Assembly: GCF_000025665.1 (NCBI RefSeq)
Contig: NC_013926.1
Location: 540,001-572,000 of the forward strand
DNA length: 32,000 bases
Direction of reading: 5' to 3'
Source: Aciduliprofundum boonei T469
GTDB taxonomy: Archaea > Thermoplasmatota > Thermoplasmata > Thermoplasmatales > Aciduliprofundaceae
Shown here: in pieces, positions 15,967-23,793 of the stretch
Layout of the letters: each line of letters begins with the position of its first letter
Numbering within the stretch: position 1 is the first letter of the stretch
The notes under the pieces: model-generated
The model's database searches: none
Seen by the model: the letters and a program-made list of their open reading frames with translations, nothing else
Told to the model about the DNA's origin: nothing
Position numbers and translations under genes: made by a program

Positions 15967-17294
15967 AATGTCCCAGTTGTGGCAGGGATATTCCCGACGA
16001 TTCCGAGATATGCCCATACTGCACAGCCAGTATAAAACACAGGGTTAGGATTAAAGCAATATATGTTATAGCATTATCTTTGGTAATCCTTGCTGCATCC
16101 TATGGGGTGTTGGCGTATTATGGGGGAGAAGTTCCTATAACAAAGATAAAAGATTTGGGACTTACTGATAATTATAATTTCATCCGTTTGCATGGGAAAG
16201 TGGAAGGATATCCTTGGGTTTATGAAAATGATTATCAGGTAACCTCATTTAGATTCAAATTAAATGATGGTACTGGCACGGTGACTGTTAAGTTATATGG
16301 TAATGTTATAAAAAGAATGGTTGAACTGCATAAAATTCCGGCTATGGGGGATACTGTAGATATCAAAGGTACCTATATGTATAGTTCGAACTCTTTAATT
16401 TTGAACAATATAGATTATTTGGAGATAGAGAGCCCAAAACATAAGGGTTTGAATATAAGCGATATTATCAATGCCGCTCCATGGGACTATAAGAATGGTG
16501 CTAAGGTTTTTGTAAGTGGGAATATAACAAGTGTAAGAGAATTCAGTTTCGGGTTTATATGCACTATAGATGAGAAACTTGATGTTTTAATTCCCCGTGC
16601 TTACTACTCTCTACACATCTTGAACATAAGTAAAATGGGGTCTGCTTATACTAAATTTTATGGTGCTCTGCAGTTCTATCAGCCCGTTGCCCCTTCGGAT
16701 ACATACAAGGTTGTTAATCTTCCAGATTTGCTCTCCCATCCAGAGGCTTATAATGGAACATATATTAGAATTACCTGGGCAAGAGTTATGGATAGGAATC
16801 TCTTAACCAATACTATAACTGTTTATTCAAACGGCTCTTCAATTCCAGTTTATGTTAGAAATGGGGTGAAGTATTATACTCCTGGAACCTATGTGGAGAT
16901 TCAAGGAAAATTTGTAAATTACAAGGGCACATGGGAAATTTCTGTATCTCATAAGAACGATTTTGTAACAGAGCCAAAGTGGGAGTTGATAGCAGACCCA
17001 ACATACAAAGTTTTAGAGAAAAAAGAGTATGTGCCAAATGGCCCTATGAAAGAGTTCTCCCTTGTTGAGATTAAAGGCAGCGTCGTAGATTACCGTATGT
17101 TCTCTTATTCTGCGAGCTTAACCATTTGGGGCAACAACCAAAGCTATGTGGTTTATGTTGAGAATAAGGCAATGATGAAAAATATAGATTATGGAAGGCC
17201 TGTTGTTATTAGGGGTATCGTTACATATTATAATGGTCAGCCGGAGATAAAGGTTAGACCATTTACCGGTGATTTGGTGGAGGTGACTGGATGA
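15963..17294 (+). CDS. Zinc-ribbon, single-TM, 4x OB-fold membrane protein (paralogue of 15160..15966)
   Basis: 443-aa ORF. N-terminal CPSCGRDIPDDSEICPYC. TM AIYVIALSLVILAASYGVLAYY. Four OB-like modules (FKLNDGTGTVTVKLY; ...YVEIQGKFVNYKGTWEISV; ...VVIRGIVTYYNGQPEIKVR). ATGA overlaps at both ends. Confidence 0.8.
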   Translation: MKCPSCGRDIPDDSEICPYCTASIKHRVRIKAIYVIALSLVILAASYGVLAYYGGEVPITKIKDLGLTDNYNFIRLHGKVEGYPWVYENDYQVTSFRFKLNDGTGTVTVKLYGNVIKRMVELHKIPAMGDTVDIKGTYMYSSNSLILNNIDYLEIESPKHKGLNISDIINAAPWDYKNGAKVFVSGNITSVREFSFGFICTIDEKLDVLIPRAYYSLHILNISKMGSAYTKFYGALQFYQPVAPSDTYKVVNLPDLLSHPEAYNGTYIRITWARVMDRNLLTNTITVYSNGSSIPVYVRNGVKYYTPGTYVEIQGKFVNYKGTWEISVSHKNDFVTEPKWELIADPTYKVLEKKEYVPNGPMKEFSLVEIKGSVVDYRMFSYSASLTIWGNNQSYVVYVENKAMMKNIDYGRPVVIRGIVTYYNGQPEIKVRPFTGDLVEVTG

Positions 17295-18613
17295 CAATAG
17301 CATATCTACTTATGGCTATAGCGTTTGTGATAATAGGCGCCCTGATAGGCTCTGCTTTATCAATGCTTCCCGGCTTGCATGTTTACAATGTGATTGGCTT
17401 CTTCTTGCTGTTTTATTTCACGGCATCATTCGTTCTTGATCCTATGCTGATGGTTCTTATGCTTATAGGTATGCTGGTAAGCTATGCCTTTGTATTCACA
17501 ATTCCTTCAATATATTTCAGTGCTCCTGACGATTCCACAATGTTTGTTCTTATGCCCTCTTTAAGGTATCTCAAGGAGGGACGTGGTCACGAAGCTGTTG
17601 TGCTCATAGCTACTGGTGCTTTAACGGGATTGTTTGCAATAGTTCTCGTAGTTCCCCTGTTCATGGGACCTTTATCTATTGTTTGGGATATTGTCTCTAC
17701 TCATCTTCACTGGATAATAGGAGCTGTTATTGCCTATATGCTTCTTTCAGAGTTTCCAAAAGATTTTGGAAGACACAAGAATCCTCTTCATGGCTTGAAA
17801 GAAGGGTGGAAGACCATTATGGCAGGGTATCTCACTTTCTTTCTATCCTCTATCCTGGGTATAATAACATTCAGTAAAACTATAGTTCCTGCAAATCATG
17901 CATTTCAGAGCCTTATGGCTCCATTAATTGGTTTATTTGCAACATCTTCCATCATACTTAATTTGATTTCAAAGTACGAGATTCCCGAGCAAAATATACC
18001 AAAGAGCATAGATTCCACCCCCAAAGAACTGCTTCATGGTGCAGTAGCTGGCTCTTCTGGAGGTCTATTTGCAGCATTTCTACCAGCGGTAACCGCCGGT
18101 GTTGGAGGTTATATGGCATCCCATGGCTTTGCTCAGAAGGGAGACAAAAGCTTCTTGGTATCTATGGGTGCATCTCGTGTGGTTTACTATGTGGGAGCTA
18201 TAGCCCTATTCTTCCTTCCAGTTTTGCATTTGCGCCGTGGTGCTTTGGCTATGGGTATAAACTTGTTCTTCACACCGGAGAGTGTTCAGCAGTTCTACCT
18301 TGTGGATATGGGTATTGCGATAGCTGGGATATATGCATTCTTTGTTGTAATTTATGCCTCCAAGTTCCTTGCTAAGAGAATATACAAGATAAATCCAAAG
18401 GTTCTGAATTTGATAGTTCTCGGTATTGTAGTTATGCTGGTTTATTTTATGACCTCTTGGCAGGGATTGATAATAATGTCCGTGGCTACAGCTATAGGCC
18501 TAATACCCGTGCTTTTCAACTCACGCCGCTCTCACTGTCTTGCGGTTATCCTTGTTCCGATATGGTTGAATATGAGTGGAATAGCCCTCGGTGGCTTATT
18601 CGGGTTGTGGTGA
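17291..18613 (+). CDS. TctA/DUF112-family polytopic membrane protein (putative permease)
   Basis: 440-aa ORF that is highly hydrophobic throughout. It has LSMLPGLHVYN and GAVAGSSGGLFAAFLPAVTAGVGG motifs that parallel the 1..783 paralogue and TctA-type transporters. It is translationally coupled to the upstream gene. Confidence 0.75.
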   Translation: MTIAYLLMAIAFVIIGALIGSALSMLPGLHVYNVIGFFLLFYFTASFVLDPMLMVLMLIGMLVSYAFVFTIPSIYFSAPDDSTMFVLMPSLRYLKEGRGHEAVVLIATGALTGLFAIVLVVPLFMGPLSIVWDIVSTHLHWIIGAVIAYMLLSEFPKDFGRHKNPLHGLKEGWKTIMAGYLTFFLSSILGIITFSKTIVPANHAFQSLMAPLIGLFATSSIILNLISKYEIPEQNIPKSIDSTPKELLHGAVAGSSGGLFAAFLPAVTAGVGGYMASHGFAQKGDKSFLVSMGASRVVYYVGAIALFFLPVLHLRRGALAMGINLFFTPESVQQFYLVDMGIAIAGIYAFFVVIYASKFLAKRIYKINPKVLNLIVLGIVVMLVYFMTSWQGLIIMSVATAIGLIPVLFNSRRSHCLAVILVPIWLNMSGIALGGLFGLW

Positions 18614-18619
18614 TGAAAA

Positions 18620-19753
18620 ATGAAGGGATTTGCCCATTTCTTGGCGGGATTAACAACGGCCACCTTCGTGGTAGTTATTGCCAATATGTACTATGGAAAC
18701 AATGTAATTGCAAATGAGATAGTTGTTCATAAGGCCCTGATAATAATTTTGGGCGGGATATTTGGAATCCTTCCAGATACCATTGATTTTAGATTTGCAA
18801 AGTATCTGCAAAAGCATGATTATGAAGTTGATATGGACGAATGGAATTTAGATCCTCAACTTGTGGCCACAACTCTAGCAAAGGCTATTGATCAGGCGAA
18901 CGAAGAGAATAGGGAAGTTAATGTTATGCTTCATACAATAAAGATATCTTCAGATCAATGGCGTCAATATACTGTTCATTTTGATACGGAGAATAAGAAG
19001 GTTATATGTGATATTGGTCCCATAATATCTGGATTTGAAAAGAGACCTTACATAACCTCCTATCTTCCTCCAGAAAAAGCTCATGCCGAGGCAAGTTTTA
19101 AAGCAGATTTAGATTACAATTATGATGCAGTTACCCATGTGGACATTCTTTCGGGACCAGATTTCTCGTTCTTTCCAGAGGGAAATAATAGGGTGCGGGC
19201 AGATTTCATACCTTGGCATAGGCGGTGGGCACATAGCATTACCCTTGGTATAATGTTTGCACCCATTGGGTTCATGCTCTATGGTTTTACGCCTATGGGA
19301 TGGACAGCGTTTTGGATAATTATGCTGGGATTCTGGTCCCACATACTAACTGACCACTTTGGTCTGATGGGAAGTAACATGTTTCCGCCATTTACCACAA
19401 AGCGTATTCCCGGATTCAAGGTCACAAGAAGTATGAGTACATTAGCTAATGTGTATACAAACTACTTGGATATTTTGCTTATAATATTCAATGTAAACGC
19501 CCTCAATTATGCGTTATCCGGCAAAGATTATCTCTCGATGCCATGGTTATCATATTTTGGTGAAAATCTTAGCTATTTAGAGTGGTACCTCATTGGAATA
19601 ATGAACTACTTGGTTTATTACATAATTCCACCGATTCTTGTATCTTATCTCATAGTATCTTGGCTCAGAAAACGCAAAGGAGTCAGAGAATTAACTGAGA
19701 AAGAAGCGAGAAGTGCAGAGCAGTTGGAGGAATTGGGCGGAGCAAACGTGTAA
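18620..19753 (+). CDS. Membrane-bound metal-dependent hydrolase-like protein (DUF457/YdjM-like) with a large soluble insert
   Basis: 377-aa ORF. The motifs FAHFLAG, GILPDTIDF, HRRWAHSITLG and WSHILTDHFG match my recollection of the DUF457 His/Asp pattern. An insert of about 140 aa that is hydrophilic (residues about 60-200) separates PDxD from HRxWxHS. It has multiple TM segments. Confidence 0.6.
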   Translation: MKGFAHFLAGLTTATFVVVIANMYYGNNVIANEIVVHKALIIILGGIFGILPDTIDFRFAKYLQKHDYEVDMDEWNLDPQLVATTLAKAIDQANEENREVNVMLHTIKISSDQWRQYTVHFDTENKKVICDIGPIISGFEKRPYITSYLPPEKAHAEASFKADLDYNYDAVTHVDILSGPDFSFFPEGNNRVRADFIPWHRRWAHSITLGIMFAPIGFMLYGFTPMGWTAFWIIMLGFWSHILTDHFGLMGSNMFPPFTTKRIPGFKVTRSMSTLANVYTNYLDILLIIFNVNALNYALSGKDYLSMPWLSYFGENLSYLEWYLIGIMNYLVYYIIPPILVSYLIVSWLRKRKGVRELTEKEARSAEQLEELGGANV

Positions 19754-19763
19754 AAAGAGAGAA

Positions 19764-20951
19764 TTATAGAAGGTCTTCAAACTCTTCAATAAGCTCTGGA
19801 TATTTCTTCTGTACAGCTTCGAGTATGGCCCTTACTGATATTTCGCTAATATCTTCTTTTGAAACAACATCCATGAGCTTATTTAATGTATCATCGCTTA
19901 GCTCTGCAAGCTTCTCTTTAACGAACCAATTGCGTAGATGTTTCTTTTCCCATCTCTCCTTCACTTTGTTCTGATACTCTTCTAAGCACTCTTTGCTAGG
20001 ATTGTTTATGCACTTGGCGGCTATCTCCCCAGCATATTTGCCGGATATACAGGCATTTGCTATACCTCCTCCTGTTATCGGATCTATTAGCCTAGCCGCA
20101 TCTCCAACGAGCATTATACCGTTATCCACTATTCTCTTAGGCACAGGGCAAGTGGATACTGCGCCCGTAACTATCTGTATTATGCTCCCTTTATTGAGGT
20201 ACTCATGCTTTTCTATGAAATCATCCATGTACTTCTTCACCTCTCCCTTGCTTTTTAACTTGTTTAAAGCCACACCGATGCCTACATTTGCCTCCTTTCT
20301 TCCCTTGGGGAAAATCCAGACATAGCCACCGGGGGCGCAAGAGCCGATGAAGAAATGGGTAAAATTCTCTTCAATGTCTATATTCGTCATCCTGTACTGG
20401 ATGCAAGAGACTATATCCCTTTCCCTCAGCACAGTGTTTAATCCTGCCCATCTAGCAACTTGAGATTCGAAGCCATCGGCACCAATAACTATTTTTGCAC
20501 GAACCTCAACTTTCTCACCGAATCTTCTCACAATCGCTCCACGAACATAGCCATCTTCTTTTATTATCTCCACCGCGGGGCTCTTTAGCCAGATTTCTGC
20601 TCCTTCCTGCGCTGCCAAGGATGCGAGGTACTTATCAAAGTACTCACGATTCAAAACGAATCCAACTTCGTTTCCAGCCTGCTCGGCAGATAGTTTTATT
20701 ACACTCTTTTCATCGGGTGAATATATTTTTGCACCGTCTATTTCAGCATCTATCCATTTTTCTTGTGGTTCAATTTCAACCTCGTCCATCCATGCTCTCG
20801 ATATACCTTCGGCGCAGCGCACGGGCACTCCTATCTCCGGTCTTTTCTCTATTAACAATACTTTGAGTCCATGGCGAGCTGCGTACCTAGCAGCCATGCT
20901 TCCCCCAGGACCGGCCCCTATCACCAAGACATCATACTCGTATCTCTTCAT
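19764..20951 (-). CDS. Geranylgeranyl reductase (digeranylgeranylglycerophospholipid reductase family)
   Basis: I trim the track ORF 19764..21020 to the ATG at 20951 (MKRYEYDVLVIGAGPGGS), which gives the FAD GxGxxG motif at the N-terminus and an ATGA overlap with the ferredoxin stop. The GDAARLIDPITGGGI motif is typical of the GGR family. Confidence 0.88.
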   Translation of the reverse strand: MKRYEYDVLVIGAGPGGSMAARYAARHGLKVLLIEKRPEIGVPVRCAEGISRAWMDEVEIEPQEKWIDAEIDGAKIYSPDEKSVIKLSAEQAGNEVGFVLNREYFDKYLASLAAQEGAEIWLKSPAVEIIKEDGYVRGAIVRRFGEKVEVRAKIVIGADGFESQVARWAGLNTVLRERDIVSCIQYRMTNIDIEENFTHFFIGSCAPGGYVWIFPKGRKEANVGIGVALNKLKSKGEVKKYMDDFIEKHEYLNKGSIIQIVTGAVSTCPVPKRIVDNGIMLVGDAARLIDPITGGGIANACISGKYAGEIAAKCINNPSKECLEEYQNKVKERWEKKHLRNWFVKEKLAELSDDTLNKLMDVVSKEDISEISVRAILEAVQKKYPELIEEFEDLL

Positions 20952-21136
20952 TCTGACCACCAATCCGCAGAGATGGCTCCCACTGGGCAGGCACGAATGC
21001 AGAACCCACATTTTATGCATTTATCTTCGTCTATTCTAACTATCGTTTCGTCAAGGAACATACAGTTCACTGGACATGAACCAACGCAGGCACCACAGTA
21101 ATTGCATATTGCTGGATCAACATTCATCATGTTCAT
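20948..21136 (-). CDS. 2x[4Fe-4S] ferredoxin
   Basis: 62-aa ORF with two CxxCxxCxxxCP motifs (CNYCGACVGSCP, CIKCGFCIRACP). It has 4-nt overlaps with both neighbours. Confidence 0.9.
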   Translation of the reverse strand: MNMMNVDPAICNYCGACVGSCPVNCMFLDETIVRIDEDKCIKCGFCIRACPVGAISADWWSE

Positions 21137-22674
21137 CCCTCTACGCCCACCACATTGCCATGTCTCTTTCTATATTCTTCGAGGCTAATTGAATACTTCT
21201 TCTCTATTTTCGTTCTGAATGTAGGCCCTGTGTTGTATGAGCAGAATGGTATTATGCTTGGATCTGGAGTTACATAGTGTATAACGCATCTGATTGTGCG
21301 CATTATATCGTAATTGTAAGCGTCCTGGAAGTGCATAGCCCCTATGAACATAGAATCCCAGTGCAATTTACCAAGTGAATCCTTGGTTCCCTGTTCAAAC
21401 ACTCCAACTATCTCTTTCAATTTGAAGCCTGTTGGGGCGTATTCCTTATCGTAATGCTTCTTTAGAATCTTGTAGAGAGTTAAAATGCTTCCGAGTTTGC
21501 TCTTCTTTTCAAATTTCTCCTCAAATGTAAGTGGTGCGAGATCCTCAATCAATCCCGGTATGTCTATGAACCTTGTTATAGGTATGTTTTTCTTCTTCTG
21601 GTAATCGTGGAATATGTATGTGGCAGCACCGCATGCTGGATGTGTGGTGAATGCTGGTTTTGGTTCTTTAAATATTTGCGATGCAATTTCTGAGAACAGA
21701 GCAGCAACTGGTATGGGGAAGAAATCCTGTTTCTCTATGAAATCTGTCTGCTCATGCAAATCCCTGATTAAATCTCCCGTTGTATAGCGCATCTTTAATA
21801 ATTCTCCCTGAGGTATCCTTCCGGATAGGGATACTGGCTGGAAATTCACAGCACGAATAACATCCAAATTTTGTAAACCAAATTCCACAATCTTTCCCAC
21901 TTCATCATCGTTTACACCCTTAACCACGGTAGGCACAAGTACAGTAGCCAAGGGCTTAGGTTTAACCTTGCGCAAATTCTCTATGGCTTTCATCTTCGTA
22001 GGTAGGAGATTCACGCCTCTGGCAGTGATATATGTGCTTTCTTTGAAACCATCAAATTGCAAATAAACGGTATGCATTCCAGCATCGGCCATCTTCTGAG
22101 CGAAATCTTTCTGATTTGCTATTAGAATTCCATTAGTTGCAACTTGAATTTGTGCGAATCCTAACTCTTTCGCTTTGCGGATAACATCGAAAAAGCGAGG
22201 GTATATTGTTGGTTCTCCACCCGCGAATTGTATGGCTGGTGTGGGTACAGGTCTCTCCTCACGCAAGAATTTCATCATCTTTACTACTGTATCAAAATCT
22301 GGTTCGTAAACATAGCCAGCTGCGTTTGCATTGGCAAAGCAAATTGGGCATCTAAGATTACATCTATTTGTCAAATCTAAATTTGCGAGAGCAGTATAAG
22401 AGTAATGTTTATCAGCATATCCGTTTAGAATTTTTGGGTATTCGGGACCAATACCATCCAATATCGTACCCCATTTTTCCATCCAGTACCAAACTTCTGC
22501 ATCTCCGTAGTAGATATCTTTGAACTCTCCGTGCTCAGGGCAAGTTTTCTTGTACCAAATTTTTCCATTTTCCTCGTATATTGTTGCAGGTATTACTTTA
22601 CCGCAAACAGGGCATATACTCTTCGTCTCTTTGGGCAACCCTTTTTTTAATTTTGAAGGTTGTATCACATACAT
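21133..22674 (-). CDS. Radical SAM enzyme, candidate tetraether lipid synthase (Tes / GDGT-MAS family)
   Basis: 513-aa ORF. N-terminal rubredoxin/zinc-ribbon-like CPVCG...CPEHG. Radical-SAM CNLRCPIC (CxxxCxxC) with GGEPT. Additional C-terminal Cys residues (HPACG, RCVIHY, PFCSYN). Size and architecture fit the MJ0619-type family. It is linked to a GGR plus ferredoxin pair. Confidence 0.6.
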   Translation of the reverse strand: MYVIQPSKLKKGLPKETKSICPVCGKVIPATIYEENGKIWYKKTCPEHGEFKDIYYGDAEVWYWMEKWGTILDGIGPEYPKILNGYADKHYSYTALANLDLTNRCNLRCPICFANANAAGYVYEPDFDTVVKMMKFLREERPVPTPAIQFAGGEPTIYPRFFDVIRKAKELGFAQIQVATNGILIANQKDFAQKMADAGMHTVYLQFDGFKESTYITARGVNLLPTKMKAIENLRKVKPKPLATVLVPTVVKGVNDDEVGKIVEFGLQNLDVIRAVNFQPVSLSGRIPQGELLKMRYTTGDLIRDLHEQTDFIEKQDFFPIPVAALFSEIASQIFKEPKPAFTTHPACGAATYIFHDYQKKKNIPITRFIDIPGLIEDLAPLTFEEKFEKKSKLGSILTLYKILKKHYDKEYAPTGFKLKEIVGVFEQGTKDSLGKLHWDSMFIGAMHFQDAYNYDIMRTIRCVIHYVTPDPSIIPFCSYNTGPTFRTKIEKKYSISLEEYRKRHGNVVGVEG

Positions 22675-22716
22675 AATGATCCCCGCATAGATAGATGGAG
22701 CATATATTTTAAAAAT

Positions 22717-22739
22717 TTTGTAGTTTTTAGAGCTACAAA
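22717..22739 (-). terminator. Possible terminator hairpin at the end of the 22733..23665 gene
   Basis: Inverted repeat TTTGTAG (22717-22723) and CTACAAA (22733-22739) with a 9-nt loop. The stop codon lies in the stem. On the minus strand the hairpin is followed by AAAATTTTT. Archaeal terminators are oligo-T based, so the hairpin may be incidental. Confidence 0.3.
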
Positions 22740-23665
22740 CGAAATCTTCTTATCAATGGGGCGGAGAAGAGTATTGCGGCAGCTATGATTATTCCAATAC
22801 CGAGGGACAATGCGTGGTCAATGGCATAATTTATTACATTTTGCACGCCCTGTACAACTGGATTTGAATTTGTAATTGGTATCGGGAGATAGATGTATGG
22901 ATCCTGTATAATTGAACCGTTGGTGTTTTTAAATGAGAAGTAAAGAGATAGTTGAGAACCATCGTATTTATAAAATGTCCTTATATCATTTTGGTAATCC
23001 CACATGTATTTGAGAGAGACTTTATTATGACCGAAACCTATCATTCCTTTATGATCTTGTCCAAATCTATGCTCTTTAGCTTCTAAACTCCTATTCATTC
23101 TCGTCCAGTGATTGTTCGGATGGTTGCATTCGAAAACATGCGAATTATGGGATAGTAAGTCCCTATAACTCATATGCTCTTCAAGGAGAATGTATACATC
23201 TTTAACAGAACTTACTATCTTTGTATCGTATCTAATTGTGCTTCTATTTACATTAAAATCACCTTTTCGGTACGATTTATCTGCAATATAGAAATCTATT
23301 GTTATTTTTATTTTTGAATTTCTGTATTTTCCATGATTATGTGTGAATTCTATTGTTTTCCACATGGTTATCTTCGTGTAATTTCCCATAATATTGCTGT
23401 ATCCACTAATTTTTTTTACTTCCATATTTTTTATACTCTCTCCTTTGAGTCCTTGAAGTTTGGAAATTTGTGGTCCTCCCACCAGATATATTTTGCTGAA
23501 TTGCAGGTAGAAGTAATGTGTGTTATTTATGGATATTCTTACAGTAGCATTTTTCCCATCAAAAACTATGCTAACTGGAGACTGTGGGGTGGCAGCATGA
23601 GAACTGATGGTGAAGGATGAGAGAATTACGAAGATAACGGCGATTAGAGATAATAATCTTTTCAC
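22733..23665 (-). CDS. Hypothetical secreted or membrane-anchored protein
   Basis: 310-aa ORF with a GTG start. Signal peptide LLSLIAVIFVILSSFTISSHA. C-terminal TM GIGIIIAAAILFSAPLI plus RRFRL. I do not recognise a family. It is clearly more AT-rich than the housekeeping neighbours by eye. A TATA-like box (minus strand, 23687-23694) lies 22 nt upstream. Confidence 0.7.
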   Translation of the reverse strand: MKRLLSLIAVIFVILSSFTISSHAATPQSPVSIVFDGKNATVRISINNTHYFYLQFSKIYLVGGPQISKLQGLKGESIKNMEVKKISGYSNIMGNYTKITMWKTIEFTHNHGKYRNSKIKITIDFYIADKSYRKGDFNVNRSTIRYDTKIVSSVKDVYILLEEHMSYRDLLSHNSHVFECNHPNNHWTRMNRSLEAKEHRFGQDHKGMIGFGHNKVSLKYMWDYQNDIRTFYKYDGSQLSLYFSFKNTNGSIIQDPYIYLPIPITNSNPVVQGVQNVINYAIDHALSLGIGIIIAAAILFSAPLIRRFRL

Positions 23666-23703
23666 AATATAATGAGATAAAACCTTTGTTTAAATGGATT
23701 TTG

Positions 23704-23752
23704 GTACAATTTTCGAATCTTCGAAAAATGTACTAATGTTCGAATATTGTAC
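23704..23752. promoter_or_regulatory. Three copies of a 14-bp motif GTACA-W-W-TTTCGAA (candidate operator sites) in a divergent promoter region
   Basis: Site A is 23704-23717, GTACAATTTTCGAA. Site B is 23720-23733, TTCGAAAAATGTAC (reverse complement GTACATTTTTCGAA). Site C is 23739-23752, TTCGAATATTGTAC (reverse complement GTACAATATTCGAA). A and B form a near-perfect 30-bp palindrome. A lies 10 nt from the minus-gene TATA and C lies 11 nt from the plus-gene TATA (TTATATAC, 23763-23770). Confidence 0.55.
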
Positions 23753-23793
23753 CACAAATCGCTTATATACATCCAAGAATGAGCTATTTGGTG

